The notes under the pieces: generated by a model | Told to the model about the DNA's origin: nothing | The model's input: the letters and a program-made list of their open reading frames with translations, nothing else | Database searches by the model: none | Shown: in pieces, positions 61,395-64,000 of the stretch | Layout: every line of letters begins with the position of its first letter | Numbering within the stretch: position 1 is the first letter of the stretch | From: Lophium mytilinum | Lineage: Eukaryota | NCBI GenBank assembly: GCA_010093605.1 | Contig: MU004181.1 | Span: forward strand, 2,232,001 to 2,296,000 | DNA length: 64,000 nucleotides | Reading direction: 5' to 3' | Program-made: the position numbers and the translations under genes

Positions 61395-62466
61395 TCACGC
61401 CCTAAACAGCATCCGAATCAACCTAAGCTTATCATCATCATCCCCATCATGCTTATCCTCATGCTTCTCCCCCTTCTTAAACGGACTTCCCGCCGCAAAG
61501 AACAAAAACTTGATCGTCACGGCCAGCGCCGCATGCAGCACGATCACCACGACCAACAATATCTTCGACGTGCGCACATCCGTCGCCGAGAGCACGGGAT
61601 ACAGATTCCGGAAGAGGAAGAGCGCGCTAACCCCGAACCCGATGCCCACAAACACGTAATTCAAGACTGTAAGGCACCCCCTCGTTAGCAAAAAAACCCC
61701 TTGATCCAACCTACGCGATCTTATCACAGGGGAAGGGGAACCACTCACTCGACACCGGACTCCAACTAACCAACGCCACAGGTATCCACACCAAGTTCGC
61801 ATACCCATACAGCGCCACACACTCGAGCAAATTCGCGCTCTCGCTCCCAAACCACTTCAGCGTGCCCCACAGCCCCACCGGCACCACAAACGTGTACCCG
61901 TAAATCAAACCCGCGGCGCCCGACAGCAGTGTGAAGTCGTACGCGAAGTGCTCCGCGCCGCGGTGCGCGAGGTATTGGCTAATCGTGCCCGTGAGGAACA
62001 GGATCACGATGACGGTCGTCGCGATCCAGAAGGGCCCGTACAGGTCCGGGTTGCCGTCGAGCACGTCGAGGAAGTTGGCGCGCGGGTATAGGGCGGCCGT
62101 GCATCGGCGCAGCAGGTCGGAGGTGTCGACGTCGAAGAATTGAGAGTAGAAGGAGAGGCTCCATAGGTAGCGTTTGGAGGAGGTGGAGCTGGGGCCGCTG
62201 CCGCCGCGGAGGGTGGTGGAGTCGGGGGCGATTTTGGTGCGGGAGGGTTGGTCTTCGAAGTCTGGGGTTGGGATTAGTAGTGGATTTGGGGGAGGGGAGA
62301 GAGGGGTGGTACTGGAGGAGTGGAACTCGAGGTCTTCTTGGAGGTCTGTGTGGCCTAGGTCGCCCTGAGGGACGCTGTTAGCTCTTGATGATGGGAGGAT
62401 GGGGTTGCGGGGAATACGTACTTCTTGGTCGACGTCTACGACGACGTCGTAGCCACGGTTTGCCAT
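61395..62466 (-). CDS. Yip1-domain Golgi membrane protein (YIPF1/2, Yip5-like), 4 exons
   Basis: MANRGYDVVVDVD, FYSQFFDVDT, NPDLYGPFWIATT, ALYGYANLVWIP; three introns. Confidence 0.88.
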
Positions 62467-62572
62467 AGTAAGTAAGCTGAGGTGTGGTGGTTTGGATATG
62501 CGGACAGCAAGGTTGCTGCAACGTTCGCTCAGTTCCGTAGAGCTTCGGATCGGAGAAACAGGGTCCGACATG

Positions 62573-62593
62573 CACGTGACCATTACACGTGAC
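62573..62593. promoter_or_regulatory. Tandem CACGTGAC E-boxes in the divergent promoter of the Yip1-domain and peptidase genes
   Basis: CACGTGAC at 62573 and at 62586. Confidence 0.4.
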
Positions 62594-62898
62594 ATTGATT
62601 AATGATATGTCTTATTCGGCTATATTGAAGCATATTTAGTGCATTAATGAGATACAGAAGTGATAGGTTATAGTCAAAGGCTCGGTATACATTGCGCTGC
62701 GAATTGAAAGCGACAATTAAGACACTCTTAGCTATAGCGCTGCATCCCGCATATGCACCTTGCAATACGCTGACACTAAGACCATGGTCCATTCCTGAAT
62801 CTACCTCGAAATTATGAGTCATGGAATGATGTTAAAACAGCTAATAGGGCCTCTAGTATTTGATACCAAATCCTTAGCAAACCACTGTTACTTTCATC

Positions 62899-63608
62899 AT
62901 GCCTCCAACTACCTCTAGCGATGAAGTCAAGGTCATGGTCACCGGGTTTGGAGTCGGTCAATCCACCAAAGACCCCGAATTCTCGACTAACAATCCCATC
63001 CCTGGCAAAGCGCAACCAAAAACCCCTCCTGGGAAATCTGCAAACTCCTACCATCTAACATAGCCTCCCGCATCCGTCTCCTCGTTCACCCGGAGGCACT
63101 CAAAGTCTCCTACGCCACTATACTCCCCATTGTGCCCAAGCTCCTCGCCGAGTACAACCCTGACATTGTGGTGCACATCGGTCTCGCGGTCGGCCAACCG
63201 TACTACTCCCTCGAAAAGTCCGCGCCAAAGAGCGGCTACCACCAAAACCCCGATGTCACGCGACGCGTCTTCACGAAAGCTGAGACGAAGAAAGCCTGGG
63301 GGAAGCTACCCGAGACGCTGAGTTCGACTATTGATCTGGACGCCGTGGGGCCGAAGTGGATTGCCGGCGTGAAGATAGGAAAGTTTGGCGCTGATGTGCG
63401 GGTGACGGATGATGTTGGGGAGTTTACGTGTGGGTTTGTGTATTTCGCTACACTGGCAGAGATGTCGAAGAAAGCGGGAGAGCGGCCGGTTGTGTTTCTG
63501 CATGTGCCGGAGATGGAGTCGGAGACGGAGTTCCAGACGGGCGCTGGGGTGGTTGTGGAGTGTATTAAGACGTTGGTTGAGGTTTGGGAGGAGGTACGGG
63601 GCTCGTAG
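62899..63608 (+). CDS. Pyroglutamyl peptidase I (peptidase C15)-like protein
   Basis: VMVTGFG | (PW)...NPSWEI, VVHIGLA, LEK (Glu), GEFTCGFVY (Cys), FLHVP (His); the single intron has a problematic acceptor (see findings). Confidence 0.8.
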
Positions 63609-64000
63609 CGCTATGATAAGGAAACGGGAAGAATAGACAGGAAAGTTGAAATGCTGCATGTCTATGATGAATGGAAATAACTGGTGGAGTTTCAATAACA
63701 TCACACAAAATGCGAGAGATCATAATACGCATGCTCTACCAAGGCTCCTAAAGAGAATAAATATTGACAAACACGTATATAACTCCAGACAATGGATCCT
63801 CCGCGAATCAGTGAGCATCATCCAGTAAAGCACTGGATGTCTCATCCCCTGAGATTCAGCTCTCGAAGCGACCCAAACAGCGTCAAGACGAAACAAGAGG
63901 ACTGATAATGGAGTACCTAAATACATGCCTAACAAAGGCAAACCAAGCCTAAGCTAATCCCATTAACTGGTGCAGAAGCTTCACATTTAGCACCAGGCCC

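Noticed and set aside
1..64000. tRNA, rRNA, CRISPR arrays, intact transposons or a secondary-metabolite cluster
   Set aside because: No cloverleaf or rRNA-like tract, repeat-spacer array, transposase/RT motif or PKS/NRPS backbone recognised by eye; tRNAscan-SE and Infernal were not run.

Overview
Gene-dense, intron-containing DNA from a filamentous ascomycete (Pezizomycotina; GT-AG introns of about 50 nt with CTRAC branch sites). I can support about 24 protein-coding genes. Conserved housekeeping genes: SIP3/LAM1-type BAR-PH-GRAM-VASt sterol transfer protein, CTF18, EXO70, a CDC3/AspB septin, POM33, glycogen phosphorylase, a Yip1-domain protein, a cPLA2-type phospholipase and an amino-acid permease. 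Less characterised genes: a TPP-dependent enzyme, four F-box-like orphans in the first 10 kb (one runs off the left edge and is missing from the ORF track), a large 2OG-Fe(II) oxygenase with an NLS-like and SIM-like tail, a Gln-rich repeat protein, a CX5K phosphatase-like protein, a GNAT, a PTH11-like receptor, a cyclin-like protein and a pyroglutamyl peptidase. No rRNA, tRNA, CRISPR array or intact transposon was recognised, and I cannot demonstrate a new multi-gene system. The most unusual observations are a 68-bp-arm intergenic hairpin with a third degenerate copy, a start codon split by an intron, an apparently non-canonical GT...AT intron, and a uORF contained in a putative 5'-UTR intron of the permease. 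All gene models are manual and all family calls are motif recognition; no database searches were run.
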